Shown piece after piece: positions 34,550 to 43,612 of a stretch of 64,000 nt of DNA. The stretch is from Bradymonadia bacterium (GTDB taxonomy: Bacteria > Myxococcota_A > Bradymonadia > UBA7976 > UBA1532), in the NCBI GenBank assembly GCA_046290225.1, contig JBKAGE010000036.1, forward strand, positions 224,001 to 288,000, given 5' to 3'. A program made the translations under genes and the position numbers. The notes under the pieces are model-generated. The model did not search any database and had not been told where the DNA came from. It was given only the letters and a program-made list of their open reading frames with translations. Within the stretch, counting starts at the first letter, position 1, and every line of letters starts with the position of its first letter.

Positions 34550-37500
34550 TCAGTGGGCGTGGCCACTGAATTGCTCGAAGATGCGGTGCACGTCGAGGGC
34601 GGTGTTGCCGAAGGCGTCGATGCTCCGACGGGGGCGGAGGCCCGTCCCTGCCTGCTCCGGCTCCACCTCCATCACCCCGTACCCCATGGGATCACAGGCC
34701 CGCGGCGGCACGCCCGGGGGCGTCCAGCCGTCTCCACCGACGTCGATCCAGATGGGATTGGTGAGGGCGAGGGCGCTGAAGAAGGCTGTACGCAGCGGCT
34801 CGAGATCTCCGAGGTCACTGCCGCCGAGCCCCAAGGGGCCAGCGATGGAGGCAAATGCCTCGTTGAGCAGCACAGGGGGGATGTCGATGGCTCGGACCAC
34901 GGGGAACAAGCTCTCGTCCCCAGTGACCTCCACCACCACCCAGCTGTCTGCCCCCAGAGTCCGCTCTGTCTGCCACTCGAAAACGCCGTCTTGAATGGTG
35001 ATTTCGAAGCGCTCGGCCACCTCGCCGTTGACGTAGAGCACGCCCTCGCTCACCTGCACCCAGGGGGCGGCCTGCACCTTCACCTGGATCGTCACCGCGC
35101 CATCGGCGGTGGCGATCTCCTCACCGATGGGGGCGCCGTTGACGAAGAGCTCGACAAAGGGACCGTTGGTGAGGGTCATCCGGTTGGCCTTCACCGCCTG
35201 GGCGATCTCGACCGGGTCGATGGAGAACGGATCGTCACGGCCAATGCGCACGAAGGTTCGGGGGTAGCCTGCATCTTCGGCGTGGTGACTGTCGGAGTTC
35301 GCAGTGGCGGCGTAGCGGAGGCCCATGTTCAAGAAGTTGAACCAGTCGTCTACGACACCGGGGAACGCCACTTCGCCGTCTTCGCACAGCACTGCACCCG
35401 GAGGCACCGCCCGGAGCACGTCAAGATCAGTGGTCTCGGGGAAGCTGAGCCCTTCGATGCTGTCGGGCATGCGCTCATGGTGAATCTGCACCGGCAAGCC
35501 GCCATTGAGCACCTCGAGGGCGTCGAAGTCGCCGCTGTATTGATTCACCCCATCGGCGTCGAAGAACGAGGGGCCGCTGGGGTTGATGATGTTGGCGAAA
35601 TCCGGGGGGCCTTCCATGGGGGCCGGAATCCGCCCGGTGAGCGGGTCGAGGCCGTACTGGCTGAAGTAGCCCAGGATCAAATCTCGCGCGTGGTTCACCT
35701 GCACCACGGTGTTCTCCGGACCATCCGATCCGAGGTTGCGCAGATCGCCGAAGATCATCTCCGGCGTCCGGAACGACCACTCGAAAGACCCCTTGGTGAT
35801 GGCCCCGATGTCGAAGCGCAGAGGGAAGCCGTTGAAGTGACCTGACTCGAGGGTGGTCATCTCGAGACCGATCATCGAGGAGGCCCACTCGGTGAGGTTG
35901 GTCAGGGCCAACGCCTCGCGGTAGTCGGTGACGAAGTTGTGATCGGTGGCCACGAGATACTCGAGGCCCTCGCCCACCACGCTGCGGATGCGATCGGTGA
36001 GGGGCAGATCCGAATCGAGGGAGGGCGCGGCGTGCAGGTGGAAGTCGGCGCCGACGTAGCCCGTGGTGTCGACGACGCGCTTGAGCAGCGCCTGCACCGC
36101 CACCGAGTCGTTGGGCTCCGCGGTGATCGTCTCCACGTGCAAATCGTACTCCATGCCGCGAGAGACATAGACCTCGTAGTCTTGCCCGGGGGGCACGTCG
36201 ACGACGACGCGGCCCTGATCGGTGAAGGCCACGGTCTCGATGTATCGGCGGGTCTTCGGATCAGCGGGATCGTCCGGGATGAAGTCGCTGCTGCGCCAGC
36301 GCTGCCCTGCGGCAAGGTCGAAGAGGAACTTCCGGTACAGCTGACCGCTGCGCTCCGCGGGCACGGTGCCCACGACGGTGACCTTTGCCGGCAACGGGCG
36401 CCCGGCCTCGTCACGGACCGCCACCCGAATGCGGGTCACCTCGGGGCGCCCCAGCTCGAGGTAGCGCTTTTGATTGGCGGTGATGGTGAAGGGCACTGGA
36501 TCAGAGAGCACCGGGTCGAGCTCCACCCGAGCGGTGTAGTCACCTGGGGGCAAGTTGCCTCTGAAGGCCCCGTCCTGGCGACTGAACATCTGGCTGAAGG
36601 GGCGACCCTCTGCGTCGTAGATGAGCACCGAGGCCCCTTCTACAGACTCAGCGGTGTAGACATCTCTCACCCGCCCCTGGAGGGTGCCGGTGGTGGTCCC
36701 GCGGATACGATACACCTCGTCCATCACACTGGAGACGTCGCCGTCACCGACCACGAACAGGTGCTGGTACGAGAAGCTCTCCCCGGCCTTCAGCAGGTTG
36801 GGCGCCATGGCATAGAACACCCCAGTAAAGGAGGACGCCAGGAACGGGATGAGCATGTCCTCCCGGCCCACGGGGCGTCCGTAAGCCACCTCATAGGCGT
36901 TGCGGCCATCTTCGGTGAGGCGGCTCTCGGGGAACGACTGCACGCCCTCCTGGGCCACGGCGAAGAACCCGTACGAGTTCCCCTCGCGGTTGGTGCTGAT
37001 GAGGCCTGGCACGATGAGGCCCGGCAAGGCGGGGAACTGCAGCGCGCTCACCCCCTCGGCGGCGTACGACTCCTCGAGAGAGAACCGCACGTCATAGCCA
37101 TAGCCTGGGGCGAAGACGTGGTTGCCGCCGCCGTACAGAATCACGAAGCCCACGGGGATTTGCAGACCGTCGGGCGACACGCCGAGGACTGCGCGCAGCA
37201 GGGTCGCCGCCACGTCAGGGGGGATCTCGAGATCTTCCTCGGTGATGTTCACCATGCTGCTCTTGAGCTGCACCGCCCGGGTGCCATTGAGCAGGCTGTA
37301 CTCCATGGTGAAGCCCAGCTGAGGCTCCGCAGCGTCGAGAGCCGCGGGGTCGAGCAAGTCGAGGGGGCTCTCCAAGGTGTGGGAGTTGGTGAGGGCGCGG
37401 TTCAGCGCCTTGGTGAGCGACAGAAAGTCGCCCCCCGTGCCGCTCACGACGATCGTGGGGGGGCTGCCGTCAGAGCCGTCATTGGTGACCCGCACGTCGG

Positions 37501-37855
37501 TGGGGGCCAGGGCTTCGACGAAAAATGCGGGGAACATCTCGCCGAAGCTGTCGAGGCCTCGGCCGCCATTGGGCGTGCCCAAGGCGTCGCCGCGTTTGAT
37601 GTCGGCGTCGATGAGGCTGCCGCCGTACACCCCGAACCCTCGGGAGAAGCCCTTGTCCTGGATGATGATCTTGAGGTGCTCGTTCTCGAGCATGTAGTCC
37701 CCGATCTCACCAAGGGCAGAGGGCCCCCCGACGAGCTCGGCCCGGCTCTCGATGCGCCGGGCCGTGGCCACGGGATCTTTCTCTTCCGTGCAGCCCGTGG
37801 CGCACAGGCCAGGGAGGAGCCCCAGGAGCAGCGCTGAAATGAGTTGCGTGCGCAT
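34550..37855 (-). CDS. CehA/McbA-type PHP metallohydrolase lipoprotein with carboxypeptidase-regulatory-like domains
   Basis: Lipobox ATGC; DFHLH, TDHN, GLE, GHFN, NHAR, EVLNG, NSDSH. Confidence 0.85.
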   Translation of the reverse strand: MRTQLISALLLGLLPGLCATGCTEEKDPVATARRIESRAELVGGPSALGEIGDYMLENEHLKIIIQDKGFSRGFGVYGGSLIDADIKRGDALGTPNGGRGLDSFGEMFPAFFVEALAPTDVRVTNDGSDGSPPTIVVSGTGGDFLSLTKALNRALTNSHTLESPLDLLDPAALDAAEPQLGFTMEYSLLNGTRAVQLKSSMVNITEEDLEIPPDVAATLLRAVLGVSPDGLQIPVGFVILYGGGNHVFAPGYGYDVRFSLEESYAAEGVSALQFPALPGLIVPGLISTNREGNSYGFFAVAQEGVQSFPESRLTEDGRNAYEVAYGRPVGREDMLIPFLASSFTGVFYAMAPNLLKAGESFSYQHLFVVGDGDVSSVMDEVYRIRGTTTGTLQGRVRDVYTAESVEGASVLIYDAEGRPFSQMFSRQDGAFRGNLPPGDYTARVELDPVLSDPVPFTITANQKRYLELGRPEVTRIRVAVRDEAGRPLPAKVTVVGTVPAERSGQLYRKFLFDLAAGQRWRSSDFIPDDPADPKTRRYIETVAFTDQGRVVVDVPPGQDYEVYVSRGMEYDLHVETITAEPNDSVAVQALLKRVVDTTGYVGADFHLHAAPSLDSDLPLTDRIRSVVGEGLEYLVATDHNFVTDYREALALTNLTEWASSMIGLEMTTLESGHFNGFPLRFDIGAITKGSFEWSFRTPEMIFGDLRNLGSDGPENTVVQVNHARDLILGYFSQYGLDPLTGRIPAPMEGPPDFANIINPSGPSFFDADGVNQYSGDFDALEVLNGGLPVQIHHERMPDSIEGLSFPETTDLDVLRAVPPGAVLCEDGEVAFPGVVDDWFNFLNMGLRYAATANSDSHHAEDAGYPRTFVRIGRDDPFSIDPVEIAQAVKANRMTLTNGPFVELFVNGAPIGEEIATADGAVTIQVKVQAAPWVQVSEGVLYVNGEVAERFEITIQDGVFEWQTERTLGADSWVVVEVTGDESLFPVVRAIDIPPVLLNEAFASIAGPLGLGGSDLGDLEPLRTAFFSALALTNPIWIDVGGDGWTPPGVPPRACDPMGYGVMEVEPEQAGTGLRPRRSIDAFGNTALDVHRIFEQFSGHAH

Positions 37856-37869
37856 GGCGTCTCCCTGAC

Positions 37870-39315
37870 TTAGAAGCGGGCCTGGATCAGGGCTTCGATG
37901 CGATCATTGTTCAGCTCACGGCCCTCTTTCTCGATCGCCCGGGTGTACTCGAGCTGCAGCTTGATGGGCTCGTCGGGGATCTCCCAGTTCAGGGTGAAGG
38001 TGTGAAAGCTGACCTCGTCGAGGGCGAGGGTCTGGGCCACCGTGGGATCATCGGCGACGAACTCCGCCGTGGGGTTGAAGGTGGAGAAGCGATACGCCGG
38101 GGTGATGCCCATGGGGGCGCGATAGCCCAGGGCGACGTGGTAGCCCTCGGCCACCGTCTCCGGCTCTTCCTGCACCCCGGCCACTACTGTGCTCTGGCGC
38201 ATGTACTGGGCGTTGAGGATCGCCCCGTACACCTCGATCCAGGCGTCGGCGTTGATGCCCGTGCGCTCTTCGGTGATGCGGTCGAGGGGGTTCTCCGCCC
38301 GATCGCGCTCGTTCACCATGGCGCCCACCCCGGCTTCGATGCGGATCGGAGTCTTGCCGGTGCGATCACCGTGGCCCACCTCGAGACGGCCCACATAGGC
38401 GAACTTCTCGTTGTCGTTGTCGCCCCGGTTGGCGCCGTTGCCGTCCACCATGCTCAGGTTCACCGACATCCACACCGGGCCGAGGTGCAGCGGCTGGGTG
38501 TAGGCCATGAGGCCCACGTTGCGAGAAAGACTCAGGCCCGCCACGGGCTGGCCTTCAGCGGCCCGCACCCCACGGCTCTGCACAGCGCGGCTCACGAAGA
38601 GCAGATCGCGCGTGGACTGCAGCTCTTCGCGGTCATAGGCGGGCTTGAACTGCCCTGCGAGGATGTTGAACCACGGCATGGGCTCATAGGCGATGAAGGC
38701 GTCGCGCAGAGTGGTGGCGGTGCTCTCGGCGTTGCCGCCGCGATCGACGGCGCCGTCCATGTCGAGGCGGATGCGCCAGTGGTTGCGGCGCGCTTCGAGA
38801 CCGAGGCGGGCGCTCCCGAGCACGAAGCCGTCGTTGTAGCCCACGAAGAGGCGGCCCTGATCATCATTGTCGATGAAGGCGGCGCGCACGCGCATGAAGC
38901 CGAACCAGCCCACCTGCCAGCCCCCCATGCTCATCACCGGGGCGGCGTCGAGGGCCACGTGGGCGGCACCATCGGGGCCCATCCCCATGGGCGCCATGGC
39001 AGGCGCTGCGCCCTTGTTGGAGGGCTTGTCCACCATGGCGTCGACCTTGTCCTGGCCGCCAAAGGCGTCGGCCACCGGCTTTTGAGCAGAGGACGCCGGG
39101 GGAGGTGCCACAGGTGTCGTCGGGGTCTTGTGATTGGGCATGGCCTTGGGCGGCGTCGCTGGCGTGGTGGCTTCCTGAGCCATGGCCGGGGTGCTCATCA
39201 CAGCCCCGGCCACCAGCGCGGCGCTTGCCACGGCCTTCATCATGGCGGCCTTCTCGTTGGCCCTTCGGGTGGCCTGCCTGGCCCTCTTCAAGATGCGGTG
39301 CTTCGCCACAATCAC
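37870..39315 (-). CDS. Outer-membrane porin (OprO/OprP-like)
   Basis: Signal peptide; F....ARLG, LRDAFI.Y, GQFK.AY..E; alternating beta strands; C-terminal QARF; start uncertain (39243-39315). Confidence 0.75.
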   Translation of the reverse strand: MIVAKHRILKRARQATRRANEKAAMMKAVASAALVAGAVMSTPAMAQEATTPATPPKAMPNHKTPTTPVAPPPASSAQKPVADAFGGQDKVDAMVDKPSNKGAAPAMAPMGMGPDGAAHVALDAAPVMSMGGWQVGWFGFMRVRAAFIDNDDQGRLFVGYNDGFVLGSARLGLEARRNHWRIRLDMDGAVDRGGNAESTATTLRDAFIAYEPMPWFNILAGQFKPAYDREELQSTRDLLFVSRAVQSRGVRAAEGQPVAGLSLSRNVGLMAYTQPLHLGPVWMSVNLSMVDGNGANRGDNDNEKFAYVGRLEVGHGDRTGKTPIRIEAGVGAMVNERDRAENPLDRITEERTGINADAWIEVYGAILNAQYMRQSTVVAGVQEEPETVAEGYHVALGYRAPMGITPAYRFSTFNPTAEFVADDPTVAQTLALDEVSFHTFTLNWEIPDEPIKLQLEYTRAIEKEGRELNNDRIEALIQARF

Positions 39316-39473
39316 TCCTCAAAACCAATGGCGGTCGGGCGGGATGGTAACCCGAGGATCAGCAGAACGGCATGAATTCTCACGACACAACATGTCGCAA
39401 CACTCTCGCACACGTTGAAACGCCTGCAACCCCTTGATGCTCAAGGGCCCTGAAGTGACGTAGAGGGCAAGTA

Positions 39474-39489
39474 TGGCACACCCCCTGCT
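39474..39489 (+). promoter_or_regulatory. Sigma54 -24/-12 promoter for the TauE/SafE gene
   Basis: TGGCAC-ACCCC-CTGCT (GG-N10-GC) about 70 nt before the ATG; palindrome CGACA-CAACA-TGTCG upstream near 39383-39397. Confidence 0.7.
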
Positions 39490-39556
39490 ACGTCCTCTGG
39501 CGACCGCTGGCCCCCGCCGAGACGCGGGAGCCCCCCACAGCATCTGGAGGCGCTCA

Positions 39557-40504
39557 ATGTTGATCATCGCTGGCCTGCTCTCGGCCCTCATGGGCACCGT
39601 CCTCGGCCTGCTCGGCGGTGGGGGCTCCATCATGGCTGTGCCGATCCTCGTCTATGTGGTGGGGGTGGGCCCGAAAGAAGCCATCGCCACCTCGCTGCTC
39701 GTGGTGGGGGCCACCAGCCTCGCCGCCATGGCCCAACACGCCCGGGCAGGCAACGTGCGCTGGCGCACCGGCTTGATCTTCGGGGTGGTGGCCATGCTCG
39801 GGGCATACCTCGGTGGTCTCGTCGCCGGGTACATCCCCGGGGCGGTGTTGTTGTTGCTGTTCGCCGCCCTCATGGTGGCCACGGGCTTCGCCATGCTGCG
39901 CAAAGCCAGAAAGAAGGCCTCAAACGGCGCGGTGGAGGCAGAGGTCGAGAAGGAGGGTGAGCTGCCGGTGATGAAGGTGGCCCTCGAGGGCCTCGTCGTC
40001 GGCGCGGTCACAGGTCTCGTGGGCGCAGGGGGCGGATTCCTTGTGGTGCCCGCCCTGGTGCTGCTCGGCGGCCTGCCCATGAAGATCGCCGTGGGCACCT
40101 CGTTGCTGGTCATCTCCATGAAGTCCTTTGCTGGCGCCCTCGGGCACTTAGATCACGTCACCATCGACATGACCCTCACCCTGGTCTTCACCGCTGCCGC
40201 CGTTGCCGGCTCCTTTGGCGGCGCAGCTCTCGGACGACGACTCAACGCCGCCACCCTGCGCACGGCCTTTGCCTGGTTCGTACTGCTGATGGCCGCCTTC
40301 ATCCTCTACAAAGAGATGACTGTGGAGATGGCCCGACAGATGTTCGTCGACCACTGGTACGCCTGGGTGATCGGCACCGTAGTCGTCAGTGGGCTGCTCT
40401 TCGCCTTCAAACGCCGCAAGTCCGTTGATCCTCGAGCCATCCGAACGCTTGAGCGGCATGCCTCGACCGTGCGGCCCCCAGCCCAGGAAGGCGAGGCCGC
40501 CTGA
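39557..40504 (+). CDS. TauE/SafE family sulfite exporter-like membrane protein
   Basis: GLLGGGGSIMAVP, AIATSL, GLVGAGGGFLVVPAL, AVGTSL; GGAGG RBS. Confidence 0.9.
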   Translation: MLIIAGLLSALMGTVLGLLGGGGSIMAVPILVYVVGVGPKEAIATSLLVVGATSLAAMAQHARAGNVRWRTGLIFGVVAMLGAYLGGLVAGYIPGAVLLLLFAALMVATGFAMLRKARKKASNGAVEAEVEKEGELPVMKVALEGLVVGAVTGLVGAGGGFLVVPALVLLGGLPMKIAVGTSLLVISMKSFAGALGHLDHVTIDMTLTLVFTAAAVAGSFGGAALGRRLNAATLRTAFAWFVLLMAAFILYKEMTVEMARQMFVDHWYAWVIGTVVVSGLLFAFKRRKSVDPRAIRTLERHASTVRPPAQEGEAA

Positions 40505-40617
40505 GCGGCCCCTGCCCCAACACACAGAGCTTTTCATCATCCCGGAATCCGGGCACCCTCTGAGCGAACACGTTTGCCTGCGACATCGAAGATGGGCAGG
40601 CCCACAGAGGGTCTCTG

Positions 40618-42591
40618 ATGAACGGCGCCCAACCCGCCCCTGCGCAGCCCGGTGAGCTGCGCGCGCTGACGCAAAAACACGTCGACCTCCTCGGCCTCGG
40701 GCTCACCCTGGCCCTCGCCGCCACAGCCCTTCTCCCTCGCATGCGACAGAGCCCGATGCTCATGGGCAGCATCATCGGCGCCGCAGCCGTCGTCGGCGCG
40801 CTGTGGCTCGCTGTGCGGACTCGACGCCCCGCAGGCCCGCAGCTGACCGTGCAGAAGCACATCCGTCAGCCGCACTGGGTGCAAACCCTCATGCACTCGT
40901 CGATTTTCATCTACTGGGGCATGTACGTCGATCTGGTGGGTCACGAGGCGTGGCTGTTCATCCCCCAGATTCTGTTCGCCTACGGCCTCGATATGTTCTT
41001 CGGCTGGAAGAACCACGGCAACTGGCGGCTGGGCTTCGGACCCCTGCCCATCATCGGCAGCACCAACCTGTTCCTGTGGTTCAAGGACGACTGGTTCTAC
41101 TTGCAGTTCCTCATGGTGGCCCTGGTGTTCCTGTCCCGGGAGTACATCAAGTGGAACCTCGCAGATCGCAAGACCCACATCTTCAACCCCTCGGCCTTCG
41201 GGCTCACGGTGTTGTCGGTGATCCTGATCGCCACTCAGAACTCGGACATCTCCTACGGCCTGGAGATCGCCACCACCCTGGGTCAGCCCCCTGGGGGCAG
41301 CATGTTCTGGTGGATCTTCGTCACCGGCCTCATCGTGCAGACCCTCTTCGGCACCCCCCTGGTGACCATGGGGGCGGCTCTGGCGGCCTTCGCCACCGAT
41401 GCAGTCCATCACAGCGTCACGGGTGACTGGTTCTTCGTCGACTCTTCCATCCCCATCGCCGTGTTCCTGGGCATGAACCTGCTGATCACCGATCCGGTGA
41501 CTTCGCCTCGGGGCAAGATGGGCAAGCTGCTCTTCGGCGCTGGCTACGGCCTGCTGGTCTTCCCACTCCTCGCCGGCCTCGAGGCCATCGACACGCCCAG
41601 CTACTTCGACAAACTGCTGGCGGTGCCAGTGCTCAACCTCATGGCGCCGCTCCTCGATCGCGTCGGCGCAGGCATCACCGCCCTCGTGCCCGCGGCCCTG
41701 CGGCTCGACCGGTTCTCCGATCGCTCCACCAACTACGCCTTCGTCGGCATCTGGGCCCTGTCATTTGTGATTCTGCACCCGAGGCTCACCGATCACCCTG
41801 GCGCCAAGCCGGGGTATTGGATGGAGTTGTGTACCGAGGCGAACAAGGACTTCGCCTGCAGGAACCTGCGGCTGCTCACCGAGCAAGCGTGCGACATCAA
41901 CGAAGTCGAGGGCTGCATCTTCGCGGCGCAGATGTACGACGAAGGCATCGGCGTCGAGCCCTCGATTGAGCAGAAAACCATCTACCTCGCCCGGGCCTGC
42001 CGCCTCGGTGATGCGGGCTCGTGCGCCGTGCTCGCCGTGGGCTACCGCGACGGGGTCGGGCTCACCGCCGACGTCGACAAAGCCAGCGTGCTCTTCGCCA
42101 AGGGCTGTGACGGTGGGGTCCAGCAAGCGTGTAACGAGCTGGGCATCATCCTTCAGTCCGGCACCCCCACCACGGCGCCGAACCTCACCGCGGCGCTGCC
42201 TCGCTTTACCCAGGCGTGCACCGGAGGCATCGCGGAGGCGTGCATGAACCTCGCCGTGGCTCACCTGACCGGTCGCGGCACCGCGGTGGACCCCAACAAG
42301 GGGCTGGACCTGTTCGTCAAAGCCTGCGATTTGAAGGCGGCGACCGGCTGCCTCAATGCCAGCGCCATGCTCGTCGCCGAGAACCAGGGGATCACCCCTG
42401 ATCCGGCGCGGGCGCTGGTGCTCAACAAGAAAGGCTGCGCCCTGGACAACGGCGTGGCCTGCACCCGGGTGGGCACCCAGTACGCCCGGGGCATGGGGGT
42501 GGCCACCGACAATGACGAAGCCATCCGGTGGTACACCCGCGGGTGCGAAGCCGGTGATCAAGGCGGCTGCGCGGTCATCGGACCAAACTAA
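40618..42591 (+). CDS. RnfD/NqrB-like (UnbU-like) polytopic membrane protein fused to Cys-rich Sel1-like repeats
   Basis: HIFNPSAFG and LITDPVTSP motifs; many TM helices; C-terminal repeats AC..G...(A/G)C..L...Y..G.G...D. Confidence 0.75.
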   Translation: MNGAQPAPAQPGELRALTQKHVDLLGLGLTLALAATALLPRMRQSPMLMGSIIGAAAVVGALWLAVRTRRPAGPQLTVQKHIRQPHWVQTLMHSSIFIYWGMYVDLVGHEAWLFIPQILFAYGLDMFFGWKNHGNWRLGFGPLPIIGSTNLFLWFKDDWFYLQFLMVALVFLSREYIKWNLADRKTHIFNPSAFGLTVLSVILIATQNSDISYGLEIATTLGQPPGGSMFWWIFVTGLIVQTLFGTPLVTMGAALAAFATDAVHHSVTGDWFFVDSSIPIAVFLGMNLLITDPVTSPRGKMGKLLFGAGYGLLVFPLLAGLEAIDTPSYFDKLLAVPVLNLMAPLLDRVGAGITALVPAALRLDRFSDRSTNYAFVGIWALSFVILHPRLTDHPGAKPGYWMELCTEANKDFACRNLRLLTEQACDINEVEGCIFAAQMYDEGIGVEPSIEQKTIYLARACRLGDAGSCAVLAVGYRDGVGLTADVDKASVLFAKGCDGGVQQACNELGIILQSGTPTTAPNLTAALPRFTQACTGGIAEACMNLAVAHLTGRGTAVDPNKGLDLFVKACDLKAATGCLNASAMLVAENQGITPDPARALVLNKKGCALDNGVACTRVGTQYARGMGVATDNDEAIRWYTRGCEAGDQGGCAVIGPN

Positions 42592-42610
42592 AGATCACCG
42601 TTCGAGTTCC

Positions 42611-43612
42611 ATGCGCCACCTGCTCTACATCATCCCTACCCTGCTCGCCCTCTGGTTCGTCGATCAGCGCATCAGTCAGGACGACTACGCGGGGTGGAAC
42701 CGCAACTCCGTACGCAACAGCATCCGTCGCTGGGCCAACGCCCGAGATGCCGTGCGCCGCAAGACGCGGGACATGGAGATCGCCCTCCTGGGCTCGAGCA
42801 CCTCGGTGGACTGGCTGCGCCCTGGATACATCGCGAAGCTCAAGGGCGTTGACCATCGAAAGGTCCTCGACGCCCACATCAATGGCTGCCATCAAACCTG
42901 CACTTGGTCTTCGGTGAGACTGCTGCTCGAGCGTGGCTGGCACTTCAAGACCGCCTTCTTCGGCACCAACCAGTTCCAGCTGTGCGAGTACCCCCACTCC
43001 AAGCGCATCTTGCAGCACGCTGCGCAGATGCCTTCCAGCGGCGTGCCCGCCCTCTTCGAAGTCTACGCCTCGGCGGAGCAGCCTTTGCTCTACATGGGGC
43101 GCTACCTGGGCAATCGTGTGTCTGGTGCGTACGGCGACACCGAGGTGCCTCGCAAGGGCCTCGCTCGGGCATGGTTCGGCAACCCGCGCCGCGGTCGCGA
43201 TCACCTCTGGTACCGGACGGATCGTCCGAAGAAGGGCCCTGACGAGGTCTTCTGCGATTACGCCCCTGAGCACGTGGCCTACAAGCTCGCCGCATCCGAG
43301 GCCCTGCTCGACGATCTCGGGCGCCTCGCCGATCACGTCTATCTGCTGTTGCTGCCTGATCCCACAGTGTCGAGCGACGATCCCGAGAAGCTCGAGGGAT
43401 GGGCGAAACATCGAGCGGCACATCAGGCCCTCGCCGAGGCGCGACCCAACGTCACCCTCGTCGACCTCACCGTCGACGGCGCCCAACAACGGAGTCAATT
43501 CCGGGACAGCATTCACCTCAACAAGGCGGGCATGAAGGTTCAGCAACAACGCTTCGAAGCGCTGATGCAGGCCAACGGCTATCTGAGCCCGTCAGAGGGG
43601 AACCGCCGGTGA
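42611..43612 (+). CDS. SGNH-like periplasmic protein, partner of the MBOAT acyltransferase
   Basis: N-terminal TM; LLGSS; F.D.IHLN..G near the C-terminus; 4-bp overlap with the MBOAT gene. Confidence 0.7.
   Translation: MRHLLYIIPTLLALWFVDQRISQDDYAGWNRNSVRNSIRRWANARDAVRRKTRDMEIALLGSSTSVDWLRPGYIAKLKGVDHRKVLDAHINGCHQTCTWSSVRLLLERGWHFKTAFFGTNQFQLCEYPHSKRILQHAAQMPSSGVPALFEVYASAEQPLLYMGRYLGNRVSGAYGDTEVPRKGLARAWFGNPRRGRDHLWYRTDRPKKGPDEVFCDYAPEHVAYKLAASEALLDDLGRLADHVYLLLLPDPTVSSDDPEKLEGWAKHRAAHQALAEARPNVTLVDLTVDGAQQRSQFRDSIHLNKAGMKVQQQRFEALMQANGYLSPSEGNRR

Noticed and set aside
40550..40566. GGCACCCTCTGAGC as a sigma54 promoter for the RnfD-like gene
   Set aside because: GG-N10-GC spacing holds, but both the TGG and TGC contexts are missing; likely chance in GC-rich DNA.
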